Source: Acutalibacteraceae bacterium (lineage in GTDB: Bacteria; Bacillota; Clostridia; Oscillospirales; Acutalibacteraceae). From it: a stretch of DNA of 64,000 bases. Positions 17,901-24,507 of the stretch are shown here, piece after piece. Where the stretch lies: positions 27,291 to 91,290 of the forward strand of contig JAZUOT010000030.1 in the NCBI GenBank assembly GCA_045604805.1. Reading direction: 5' to 3'. Under the pieces are notes generated by a model. That model was not told the DNA's origin, searched no databases, and saw only the letters and a program-made list of their open reading frames with translations. Every line of letters starts with the position of its first letter. The first letter of the stretch is position 1. The position numbers were made by a program, and so were the translations under genes.

Positions 17901-19387
17901 ATGAAGAACAAACAAGAAAACTTGAAGAATTTATTATGCAAGAAGAGGCTAAGGAAGATGCGGGAAAACAATCTTGTTTCAAAGATGATATTCGAAGATT
18001 AGCACAAAAAGAAGCTTTTAACCTACGACAAGAAATGAGCGAATTATCTGAAGAAATCGAGGATCTAGACAATCAAATAAAAGAAAAAAAGCAAGAGAAA
18101 TTAGCATTACCAGATAAACTAGAAAAAGCAGAAAAAGCCGTAAAACAAAAAAAAGCTGAATTAAGCTCGGTACAACAGAGTATGGGTAAAGTAAATGACT
18201 CAACTCGAGTCATTGAAGGGGCACTAAGGCAGGAAGGAGAATATATACTTAAACTTGAAGCAGACTTAGCTTCAATAAGAGAAAGCATAAAACAAAATGA
18301 GCAAGAAGTAAAAAATCTGGAGGCTGTAGCAGCCGCAGTAAATGGTGTGCCATGGTATCTAATTAATGACTGTTTAATCCCAAAAACGGAAGAATTCTAC
18401 AGAGAATTATGTGAAAGTAACATGATAGGAAAATACTTCCATAAATCTTTCAATAAGGTAAGATTAGAATTACAACAATTTAGGAGCGACTCAATAGGAA
18501 AACAAATTGAAAAATTAAATGAAGAAAAGAAAAAATGTGAGAGAAAATTAAAAAAAACAGGGGAGAAAATAGAACAAACAGAAGAAGAAGAGCTTAAAGC
18601 AAATGATGCGATTGACCTTATATCAAATGACGATCAATTGTCTGGTGCCCAAAAAATGGCTAAAATGCAACAATGGCAAAAAAAAATTACTGATGCACGA
18701 AAGAAACGTGAAATTCTATTGGAAGAAGAAAAAAAATGGAAAAACGAATTAGAAAAAATAGAAGAAGACTTAAATCCACTTAAAGAAGTACAGAGAAAGG
18801 TAAACGAAGGAAAGAAAAGAAAAGAAGATATGGAGCGAAAATACCCACAACTAAAAGGATTAGACGAAGCATTAAAAAAATTAGGGCAAGGAAAATTTGA
18901 CTTATTCTCAGAACAAAAAAAGCTAAAAGAAGAAAAAGTAAAAGAATTAAACATAGAAAAAGGAAAAGCAGCAGAAGAAGCAAAAAGAAAAGCAGCAGAA
19001 GCAGCAGCAGGAAAAGTAGCAGAAGTAGCAAAAGCAGCAGAAGAAGTAGAAAAGGAAAAACAGGAGGTAGAAACAAAAGAAAAAGGAGTAGAAAGAACAG
19101 AAAAAACAGTAAAGAAAAAAGAAAGAAAAGCAGCAGAAAAAGAAAAAAAAATAACAGAAGCAGTCAAAAGAAGAAAAGAGTTAGAATCAGAGGCAAAAGA
19201 AAGAAGATTAAAAATGCTAGAAGAAGCGTTAAATGGAACACTCATGCCTACTACAGCAGGAGGAGTAGTAGAAGGAGAAGGAAAAGGAGAAGGAGAAGGA
19301 AAAGGAAAAGTAAAAGGAGAAGGAGAAGGAGAAGAGAAGAAGAAGAAAAAGAAGAAAAAGGAGAAAAAGGAGAAAAAGGAGAAATAG
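8690..19387 (+). CDS. giant 3565-aa protein: double-glycine (Nif11/bacteriocin-type) leader, long helical core, about 1000-aa K/E-rich coiled-coil C-terminus
   Basis: Single uninterrupted ORF. ATG at 8690 lies 9 nt after AGAGGGTG (the ORF track starts at GTG 8678). No Sec signal peptide, LPXTG motif or clear TM segment was seen by eye. No enzymatic motif was recognised. Confidence 0.8.
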   Translation: MTQREKYYKHKVMRILIDSRDKNEAKNNLEMAQIHLSDGEIEYLKNIYNNCRGGSFISLGDNTLSMQELDEVAGGVPLKYYISRKEAKKLHEMLNKLTVNTGKQGDTIHTIYGERISQSRTAATQEQVEEFMSLFERNHPGAPNKLDVNGNEEVFSDFGRFRDLIDEGQIVSSEKGIENSELAYNLAMAFHGSVELTADSVPNQDQDFANNLAQALSDGNFNAFGHFGMNRKDDLVNNIMKCQHESLFLSGEEIRVDMLDFGRNLFKSLPSCEVGTCISTGKELAAAFEKANPTEKESIAEFKMGILIETLQKIRDNGSSNVDDVAFGKETGLTAGNLSRHQAGCTLGTYRETHNFDPFSNIDFSHCEEICKQAREVYESSISMGYELASNPLFFTRLALFFSKLAPFIEFTEKKGKSEEGTKNRNGANGGGSETSSLLASAVSLSSFGAISQTGSEDSSQTASESRSQTGLEDSSQTTGSEDATEEEQRLKLLDKMDPDVINLNDVVYTSVFFENFFTSQSSKIYEDLMKALSSDKLDFSTKYVALCLAMCVESGCRYFNTAISKFVDSLTKSEQSIPELTPILMAFLKGVFFRFEHIRNKNIVRTAIILMPRFRKEYEYGELSVALLCMLVRGATLENGVGVGVALELNFADVVSGVYDVIYRMICFDLTNSRSEKNGSIYISKEAQKFIEYACSLIRQTACSPYVRDSFNSVLSGINMGLENYAPKEGIKREKYVIDFYANTVVVCTIELLSDLVNEYPSLWKNNTKISSNLYQVYKNLMKFAGCNKKINCKLTPNSNSEGGLAIKYPLFDLFKDICGKKKEAFDQIKADFALYLHKIDPVLAAIFLINLSEVQVREVVKLLHDQKYEGLETIMGGLMYNIFTKEQSEEEKAKRFISMLPLEIRFDIEALSTLVTGIIEKCDEIAKVVVCQSLESRRMVYSRKVDLKEKKMLEISNAISPLEGEKLSDEKVKLIEGARNEQTVLNIAHRTQKGSLRTRLNFWLMVLQNSKGTQLTPFGNMIFNNEDAVRDLLNREQGKYMIRQKANLKKLKEDSEAFESEINSSEKIKNAKESLLEYCNTIFLYALTISNLKDMQEGDLKVKQEEHFFDVVEVVSKYLKDFKNFVKLLDIIFDQTGKHHSLGKIYEAMQSKPGECLATLIFEFRRVLASKELATFEEKEALVKDFCAQIRKLTENKSSNRKKLCSKYMETILKAVRSMSVSLIALNTESSIQLFESIIYGFCDVNFFGSPEFANVVLDVAHDALGTRHIHQGKILEKTIEAYLRMIRIRINLLGQNTKNLPLQLFPKNSYTEREYTYFIPSSEMEITITKNWGMFLDRLWRKGNKMFEDIIDWWEDKAEDYTIEETKKIESELKELKKPEELKELKEPETLEDIIKGIEELKSEIEKELEKLKKPEKPEKPKKELDDLKEKLDDLKKKLDVLQKDAEKELQLELQVECIYYLSLFLLERDKSGNYRENFKNNSNFLDVTNLAVCFCRRPDTMVVVLLKYLEFFDSDFATKVKNKFTSMLNRALSKEEKASLDAGEVKASLDAREVKALDAIVKKNKKLFFSECMLVLSACETKIVESFFKEKEVFDAFSEKNPYLALHNRVTSELNKEESTIPFRNEMRPFFINGEGSTLSMKAIPSSSYFVDRVKPSSTNGAGSTSSKRDVPVIGSYYVDPTGYEVEPFFIGGEDITLTLKGQPFSIHSIGKSHTSEMSMPEMSEEDKAKFFLFVVSKEMFSIVGKNEDAIYRYLAGDSFDFLRIGEVCGFNVEEIQNFIDLFSNIKKLQRFHSGIEIVTGTLGKIHSCAEVIVSDLVKSLDALIEKLKGCGENEVGCLFQLQRYRENLLSSLLREKNPEEFLAQIEGCCGELHLDGVREEVINVLTAIANFKTEQKTKYIQFLSELVRKINPKIMKFVEKNIRTEKGKVLAYRLMDRPTSEIGLYTEGFFPCVLNACPEEEVLELIEKRKSYSPVMSAISKSKNYSRFENTSRRCLLNLPYFDFKELKDSLPLDGVIWWRCSHAMPGRKPFDEYGTTVANMIVRDSTECLFRDLSDASKTLQIETCKDSILAVVGLSKEGVFYDREGKPGNIIKEPFFIGEGNGYTEENVKELLVNIAKKVPVHDRFEFLADLLSQIRDYDRIFQMYDKKYDRFSPKGELLVRLLTHVFLNLSSPEDITSFLSKMVLSIYRKNEFRDSFVAMEIFLNTVFEIANGIQDHEERMKVITLVGELIYNRSIATSFYNTDRNFVLIKYEHKNEMAAKFLNRFLLNALTPKDRLQLEELIQVLLYFEPVEKINSQFAGMLIKGLIERPNGEKNIVDVIFILLTTPFVLRSNYLMSSRGNISSECLIGIFSEAQKLVNKHDKFPVEPEYLTDVIRYLLDRYIVRIFKSEDKTTLGGLGVCETCIDIIVQMLAKVAKEQIPVIFNSILQDYFVPKGMSKAIIENGGFRRNSYERECACATFLLIFLHKVMLRAPEYDVVKELFTRLQTYSLEMEKAYFENLFTTENFCMKICARLVNGIIFSPQSLLAPLNISGVLRHFFYLVEREERIYRGIHDVEAVQREIEEGKKPVKEEKKPRHLLLFRSSSRKEQPKEQPKEFVSSEQLLTELQCDVMKEESTKVSKEKDQLAGFNEKTEGDLLSKIEAKKDAEKKVREQQKKIKDLTKEVQKLEKKIVDERCDLDLENDKLKEFTRVRNVMENLVEQRNAEIKKIDEIPENEQRPEDVERKKEMERSIANLESEKDRLEKEKKECEDRLSELGKNLEDLEGEYGKKQGELDAAKKDLDSEVKQMTEAEKELSKGIKSGGDVNYSITISQRDLDLVFAGNLETAEKEGLAKLKNQLDDKEASLEKAKAELENKKKDFEEQRDTLLQENGIEQDTLNLSEDPVKQVEAIREKIKEKIKDQGKEEEERNAKDKEEKILEKMAKEYELEETKLGQEIEKLEYEIYVKELSMVSLSTDLLKDITETYGSPEKAISAKKKDVEDEKLDEEDRTKRIEVSKGIVRAKQEELSKKNDMLSRASATVLRIEEELKIKVAELEAVRERSSRIDVEITELTEQRKAKHEEQTRKLEEFIMQEEAKEDAGKQSCFKDDIRRLAQKEAFNLRQEMSELSEEIEDLDNQIKEKKQEKLALPDKLEKAEKAVKQKKAELSSVQQSMGKVNDSTRVIEGALRQEGEYILKLEADLASIRESIKQNEQEVKNLEAVAAAVNGVPWYLINDCLIPKTEEFYRELCESNMIGKYFHKSFNKVRLELQQFRSDSIGKQIEKLNEEKKKCERKLKKTGEKIEQTEEEELKANDAIDLISNDDQLSGAQKMAKMQQWQKKITDARKKREILLEEEKKWKNELEKIEEDLNPLKEVQRKVNEGKKRKEDMERKYPQLKGLDEALKKLGQGKFDLFSEQKKLKEEKVKELNIEKGKAAEEAKRKAAEAAAGKVAEVAKAAEEVEKEKQEVETKEKGVERTEKTVKKKERKAAEKEKKITEAVKRRKELESEAKERRLKMLEEALNGTLMPTTAGGVVEGEGKGEGEGKGKVKGEGEGEEKKKKKKKKEKKEKKEK
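10043..10141 (+). repeat. four in-frame 24-nt tandem repeats (SQTGSEDS units)
   Basis: TCTCAAACCGGTTCGGAAGATAGC, TCTCAAACCGCTTCGGAATCTAGG, TCTCAAACCGGTTTGGAAGATAGC, then TCTCAAACCACCGGTTCGGAAGACGCT. Confidence 0.9.
12812..13030 (+). repeat. cluster of in-frame tandem repeats (27 nt x2, 9 nt x3, 21 nt x3)
   Basis: ELKELKKPE/ELKELKEPE at 12812-12865. CCAGAAAAA x3 at 12941-12967. (E/K)LDDLKEK-type 21-mers at 12968-13030. Confidence 0.9.
13313..13378 (+). repeat. 27-nt in-frame tandem repeat, 2.4 copies (ASLDAGEVK/ASLDAREVK/ALDA)
   Basis: GCCAGCTTAGATGCTGGAGAAGTAAAA, then GCCAGCTTAGATGCTAGAGAAGTAAAA, then GCACTTGATGCT. Confidence 0.9.
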
Positions 19388-19404
19388 GAGAAATAGGAGA
19401 AATA
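19360..19404 (+). repeat. 9-nt tandem repeat spanning the stop codon (GGAGAAAAA x2, then GGAGAAATA x3)
   Basis: Read directly from the sequence. The three ATA-type units place in-frame TAG codons at 19385, 19394 and 19403. Confidence 0.95.
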
Positions 19405-19629
19405 GAACAAAGTGAGGAGTAAAATGAGTCAAATATTTTGTACTGCCGAAACATGGAGGATTTCTAATAACTTTCTTATTTTCACAGCCTGCCAGTATAT
19501 CATAAATCCTGGTCTCTAATATGGAAATATTTTCCGTGTTTCTTGCCTATGTAATTTGACTTAACTGGGCTGGTATGTTAGATTTATCGCTGGTTGACTA
19601 TTGATATTCAAAGGGGGACATCTAAAATT

Positions 19630-20871
19630 ATGGGAAATTTAAGAGGAGCTTGTATAATAGGTCAGTCTGGTGGGCCTACGTCAGTTATAAATTCCAGTGC
19701 ATATGGCGCAATAAAAACCGCACTTGAAAGTTCAGAGATTACAAACGTTTTCGGTGCGCTTAACGGCATTAAGGGGATATTGGATGATAACCTGATAGAT
19801 ATGTCTAAGGAAGAGCCAAAAGAGCTTGAATTATTGAAGTTCACACCTTCATCAGCGCTTGGTTCTTGTCGCTATAAATTGAGTGATCCTAGCGTAGACG
19901 ATACAGATTACAAACGCATACTTGAGGTATTCAAAAAATATGATGTTAGATATTTTTTCTACAATGGTGGAAACGACTCAATGGATACTTGCAATAAGAT
20001 ATCCAAGTATTTGCTGAAGAACGGATATGAATGCAGAGTTATGGGTATCCCAAAGACCATAGACAATGATTTATTTGGAACAGATCATTGTCCTGGCTAT
20101 GGTTCTGCTGCAAAATATATAGCTACATCAATGATGGAAATATATCATGATGCGAGGGTTTATGATATCGGAACTATTGGTATAGTTGAAATTATGGGAA
20201 GAAACGCAGGTTGGCTCACTGCAGCGGCGGCTCTTGCTTCTGCGAAAGGAAATGGTCCTGAACTTATTTACCTTCCTGAGATCGATTTTGATATAGAAGA
20301 ATTTAAGGCGTCAGTAAGAGATATATATAACAAAACTGGTAAATGTATTGTTGCAGTTTCTGAAGGTGTACGTGACAAAAGCGGTAAACTTATTTCAGAA
20401 TACGCTAGTGCTGATAAAGCTAAAGATAGTTTTGGCCATGTTCAGTTGGGCGGATTAGCTTCTTACTTAGCTGATGTTATTGCCAAAGATACAGGTGCCA
20501 AAGTAAGAGCTGTAGAATTAAGCCTCCTGCAGAGATGTGCGGCACACTGCGCTTCAAAAACAGATATAGAAGAAAGTTTTGCTTCTGGTATGGCAGCAGT
20601 TCGTGAAGCCATCGCCGGTAAAACCGACAAAATGGTAGGTTTTGAGAGGGAATATATAGATGGAGAGTATATTTGTCATATCAAATTGCTTGATCTTGCC
20701 GATGTTGCTAATACAGAAAAAAAGGTCCCTAGAGAATGGATAAATTCTGCTGGTAACGGTATAGAACAAGCATTTATAGATTATGCTCTTCCGTTAATAC
20801 AAGGTGAGACCGACCTACCAAAAGAAGATGGCTTGCCTAGATTTGCTAAACTAAAAAAAGTAAAGGTTTAA
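19630..20871 (+). CDS. pfp: phosphofructokinase, predicted pyrophosphate-dependent (PFP-type)
   Basis: GQSGGPTSVINSS N-terminus. GGNDS replaces the GGDGS of ATP-dependent PFK, and PKTIDND replaces PGTIDND (the Asp and Lys discriminator residues). The ORF is open from TTG 19594. ATG 19630 is taken as the start. Confidence 0.8.
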   Translation: MGNLRGACIIGQSGGPTSVINSSAYGAIKTALESSEITNVFGALNGIKGILDDNLIDMSKEEPKELELLKFTPSSALGSCRYKLSDPSVDDTDYKRILEVFKKYDVRYFFYNGGNDSMDTCNKISKYLLKNGYECRVMGIPKTIDNDLFGTDHCPGYGSAAKYIATSMMEIYHDARVYDIGTIGIVEIMGRNAGWLTAAAALASAKGNGPELIYLPEIDFDIEEFKASVRDIYNKTGKCIVAVSEGVRDKSGKLISEYASADKAKDSFGHVQLGGLASYLADVIAKDTGAKVRAVELSLLQRCAAHCASKTDIEESFASGMAAVREAIAGKTDKMVGFEREYIDGEYICHIKLLDLADVANTEKKVPREWINSAGNGIEQAFIDYALPLIQGETDLPKEDGLPRFAKLKKVKV

Positions 20872-21054
20872 GTTGATTGTAATATCTTTTAGGTCAATAC
20901 CGCTTTCATATGTATACTATTTATACCGTGCATTTGTTTAGAGAAAGGTAACCGAATTTATCTGAACTATAGCGGCCAGGCTGTAATTCTGAGTAGCAGT
21001 ATGGAAACCGTATTAGAAAGAATAACAGGAAAAATATCCAGGCTCCGCGAAAAA

Positions 21055-21090
21055 ATGGTATTCTAAGTTGAATACCATTTGTGCTATTTT
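21055..21090 (+). terminator. orphan terminator-like hairpin
   Basis: ATGGTATTC, loop TAAGTT, GAATACCAT, then TTGTGCTATTTT, with an A-run upstream. No intact ORF lies upstream. Confidence 0.3.
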
Positions 21091-21527
21091 AGAGTTTTCT
21101 GTTGATTTCAGTAAAGTCATTTTATGTAAACGAAAGTCTGAACACAGTAGATACCGTTGATTAGATGTGCAGAGAAGGATATTTTATAGTCCTAAAGCTT
21201 TGGGATGATCTCTAGCTTCGCTCTAATTTCGAAGTAGCAAAAAAAAGTGGACTGTCGCTTTGCAAAATTAGGACAGTGTTTACGGCGAGTTGAGTATCAT
21301 GTACCGAGAGAAGGCAGATTGACAGAATAATTAAAAAGTCATTATATTGTTCGTGAGAGCTTCAATGCTTGAAAAATTATCTGCTCATCATCCATTTCTT
21401 ATCGCAGAAAGCCTGTTTGCAGAAAATTTTTCAAACTTTCATGAAGCATATCGTTAATGAATTTTTAACCAAATAACAATGTACCGGAAACTTAGACTAC
21501 CACGATAGATAAATCAATATCTTTATC

Positions 21528-21560
21528 GTACAGTATATACAATACTGTACCATTTTTTTT
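21528..21560 (+). terminator. orphan Rho-independent terminator
   Basis: GTACAGTAT, loop ATACA, ATACTGTAC, then a C followed by eight T. No intact ORF lies within the preceding 650 nt. Confidence 0.5.
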
Positions 21561-21726
21561 GGATGCAAAAATGTATTTTATCCGCTATTTTATTTTTTCC
21601 ATACTTTGTTATCCATATCTTGTTAGAATAACTCTTATTCCCTCTATCACTTTCCTGTTTCAATTATATCATCATATTTTTGTTGACGGTGCGCTCTAGA
21701 TATAATCTAAAAAATTTATTGTATAA

Positions 21727-23598
21727 ATGGTGGCGGTAATTTTGGAACAAAGCAAGCTTGAAAATATTCTTTTAAAAGTTCAAAGGCCAGGTAGATATGT
21801 TGGCGGAGAATTAAATAGTGTATATAAAAATTTAGATGAGACTGGTATACACTTTGCCTTTTGTTTTCCAGATGTATATGAAATTGGGATGTCATATTTG
21901 GGCATGAAAATAATATATAGCCTTTTAAATTCTATGGACGGGGTATGGTGTGAAAGAGTTTTTGCGCCTTGGCCAGACATGGAAGAACAGATGAGAAACA
22001 ACGATATATTTTTGTATAGTCTCGAAAGTAAAACTGAGCTTTACAAATTTGATATTATAGGTTTTACTCTCCAGTATGAATTGAGCTATACAAATATTTT
22101 GAATATGCTAAGTTTGGGTGGCATTCCACTTTTAGCGAAAAAGCGTAAAGGCTTAGAAAATCTTGTTGTGGCTGGAGGACCTTGTAGCTGCAATCCTGAA
22201 CCTCTTGCTGATTTTATCGATGTATTTTTCTTGGGTGAGGGAGAAAATAGCGTAAGTGAGTTTGTTGATTTGTACAGTAAAAGTAAGGAAAGCGGAGATG
22301 ATAGGGCTAGCTTTTTGAGAAAAGCTGCTCAAATTCAGGGGGTATATGTGCCTTCGCTATACCGTATTACTTATAATTCTGATGGAACGTTGGAATCTGT
22401 TATTCCTGAAGAAGGAGCTCCCAAACAAGTAAAGAAAAGCATAGTACTTGATCTTTCCAAATCGCATTTTCACGAAAGTTTTCCTGTTCCTTTAATAGAA
22501 GTGGTGCATGATAGAGTAGAAGGTGAAATTTTTAGAGGTTGTATACGTGGGTGTCGTTTCTGTCAGGCTGGATTTATATATAGACCTGTACGCGAAAAAG
22601 CTGCTGATGTTGTTAATGAGCAATGTAAGGTCTTATGTCAAAATACAGGACATGATTCTCTATCTTTATGTTCTTTAAGTTCCAGTGATTATTCTCAGCT
22701 CAGTGAATTGATAAAATTGTTGGATGAATGGACTGAGCAAGAAAAAATTTCGATTTCTCTGCCATCTTTGAGGATAAATAGTTTATCTGATGAGCTTATC
22801 AATAAGATCAAATCATTTGGTAAATCTGGGCTTACATTTGCTCCAGAGGCAGGTACTCAGCGTTTAAGAAATGTTATAAACAAAAATGTGGACGAAAATG
22901 AAATATTTAGCACCTGTAAAAAAGCATTCAAAAATGGGTGGACTAATCTTAAGCTGTACTTTATGTTAGGTTTACCTACTGAAACGGAAGATGATATCGT
23001 CGCTATACCTGAGATGGCTAATAAAATCATAGATACATACTATGAAGATAAGACTTTGCCTAAAAAACGCCCACCCAAGTTGACAATAAGCACGGCGGCT
23101 TTTGTGCCAAAACCATTTACTCCTTTTCAATGGGAAGCACAGGATAACATAAAGACAATGGGAAAAAAACAAAAATTGCTTATAGGTAGTAACAATAACA
23201 ATAAAGTTAAATGCAACTATCATTGCGCTCAAACAAGTTTTATAGAAGCGGTTTTTGCCAGGGGTGACAGAAAACTTTCAAAAGTTCTATTGAAGGCACA
23301 TAGGCTTGGTTTAAAATTTGACGCTTGGACCGAATATTTTGATTTTAAAAAGTGGTCGGAAGTTTTTAAGTTATGCAAAATAGATCCAGAATTTTATGCT
23401 TGCAGAAAACGAAATTTTGATGAAATATTTCCTTGGGATCATTTGGATTATGGTATTAGTAAAGAATTTTTAATAAGAGAATGTCAAAAGGCACACCAAA
23501 CAGAAACTACAAAAAATTGTAAGGAAGAGTGCCAAAATTGCGGTGCTAATTGTTTTGGTGGGGGTGTTTGCTTTGAAAAAAATACGTGTACGATTTAA
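21727..23598 (+). CDS. B12-binding-domain radical SAM protein (TIGR03960-like)
   Basis: 623 aa. RPGRYVGGELNS N-terminus and CIRGCRFCQAG (CxxxCxxC) cluster motif. Followed by its usual DUF2344 partner. Confidence 0.85.
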   Translation: MVAVILEQSKLENILLKVQRPGRYVGGELNSVYKNLDETGIHFAFCFPDVYEIGMSYLGMKIIYSLLNSMDGVWCERVFAPWPDMEEQMRNNDIFLYSLESKTELYKFDIIGFTLQYELSYTNILNMLSLGGIPLLAKKRKGLENLVVAGGPCSCNPEPLADFIDVFFLGEGENSVSEFVDLYSKSKESGDDRASFLRKAAQIQGVYVPSLYRITYNSDGTLESVIPEEGAPKQVKKSIVLDLSKSHFHESFPVPLIEVVHDRVEGEIFRGCIRGCRFCQAGFIYRPVREKAADVVNEQCKVLCQNTGHDSLSLCSLSSSDYSQLSELIKLLDEWTEQEKISISLPSLRINSLSDELINKIKSFGKSGLTFAPEAGTQRLRNVINKNVDENEIFSTCKKAFKNGWTNLKLYFMLGLPTETEDDIVAIPEMANKIIDTYYEDKTLPKKRPPKLTISTAAFVPKPFTPFQWEAQDNIKTMGKKQKLLIGSNNNNKVKCNYHCAQTSFIEAVFARGDRKLSKVLLKAHRLGLKFDAWTEYFDFKKWSEVFKLCKIDPEFYACRKRNFDEIFPWDHLDYGISKEFLIRECQKAHQTETTKNCKEECQNCGANCFGGGVCFEKNTCTI

Positions 23599-24229
23599 GA
23601 AAACTGGATATTGTAAGTATATATCTCATCTTGATCTGGTACGTTGTATGAGTAGAGCTGTAAAAAAAGCTGATTTACCCATGTGGTATACCAAAGGATT
23701 TAATCCTCATCCGTATATGAGCTTTCCATTGCCTTTGCCACTCGGATTTGAAGGGCAAAATGAGATCCTTGATATAAAACTCGATGATAAAATGGAAAAT
23801 GATATGATTTTAAGTCTTCTAAACGAAAATCTTCCCGAAGGTATTAGGATAACCAAAGTTTCCAGCCCTAAAGATCCTGTGAGAGATATAAAATATGCTC
23901 TTTATCAGATGAAGTTTTCAGAAGATGGAAAAACTTCTGATGATTTAAGGAACAAATTGAATAATTTATTTTCTCAGAAAAAGATACTGGTAACCAAGAC
24001 AACAAAATCATGTGAAAAAGAAATAGATCTCTTAGATCATTTTGAAACTTTTCTAATATCAAAAGATGAACTCTTCGCTAAATTGAGTATATTTTTAGAG
24101 GTCGGTAGTGAGAATAATATAAATCCACTTCTTTTTGTCGGAGCTTTGAAAAAATACTACAAAATTGATCCATTCTACAAAATAACAAGAGTTGATATAT
24201 TTAATGAAAATATGGAGAGAATAGGATAA
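23573..24229 (+). CDS. radical SAM-associated protein (TIGR03936/DUF2344-like)
   Basis: KIRVRFKKTGYCKYISHLDLVRCMSRAVKKADLPMWYTKGFNPHPYMSF is typical of the family. Start is uncertain (ATG 23543 or TTG 23573); either overlaps the upstream gene. Confidence 0.8.
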   Translation: MKKIRVRFKKTGYCKYISHLDLVRCMSRAVKKADLPMWYTKGFNPHPYMSFPLPLPLGFEGQNEILDIKLDDKMENDMILSLLNENLPEGIRITKVSSPKDPVRDIKYALYQMKFSEDGKTSDDLRNKLNNLFSQKKILVTKTTKSCEKEIDLLDHFETFLISKDELFAKLSIFLEVGSENNINPLLFVGALKKYYKIDPFYKITRVDIFNENMERIG

Positions 24230-24404
24230 TAACCTCTTTCTTTCCTATTTTTGTAGTAAAATTTCAGATTAATAAAATAAATCAAATCAAAAAATCAGCA
24301 ACTGTACAGAGCGTACGCACGGTGGTGTTGGATTTCTGGCATTCAGCTAATAGATGACCTCTTAATAGGGTGTATCAAGAAAGCTATAAATAAAAACAAA
24401 AGTT

Positions 24405-24458
24405 ACCACTTCAAATTCAGAAATTAAAAACTCTGAATTTGACATAACAAGTGGTTTT
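24405..24458 (+). terminator. candidate terminator or attenuator hairpin between the radical SAM pair and the CNNM gene
   Basis: ACCACTT-CAAATTCAGA pairs with TCTGAATTTG, a 7-nt bulge, and AAGTGGT, followed by TTTT. Confidence 0.35.
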
Positions 24459-24507
24459 GAATAGTATTTGAAATAAGTGCTTGTTGTGATAAAGGGAGGG
24501 AGTTTTT

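Noticed and set aside
10043-19404. Tandem repeats considered as a possible CRISPR array or other spacer-repeat array.
   Set aside because: All repeats are short, contiguous, in frame and without unique spacers. They lie inside a continuous ORF, and no cas genes are present.
16444-19454. Many long minus-strand ORFs (for example 16444..17025, 17230..18072, 18634..19410, 19229..19454) opposite the giant gene.
   Set aside because: Their translations are S/F/L-rich low-complexity strings. These are simply the complement of K/E codons in the purine-rich coiled-coil region. They have no start context or recognisable domains, so they are mirror artefacts.
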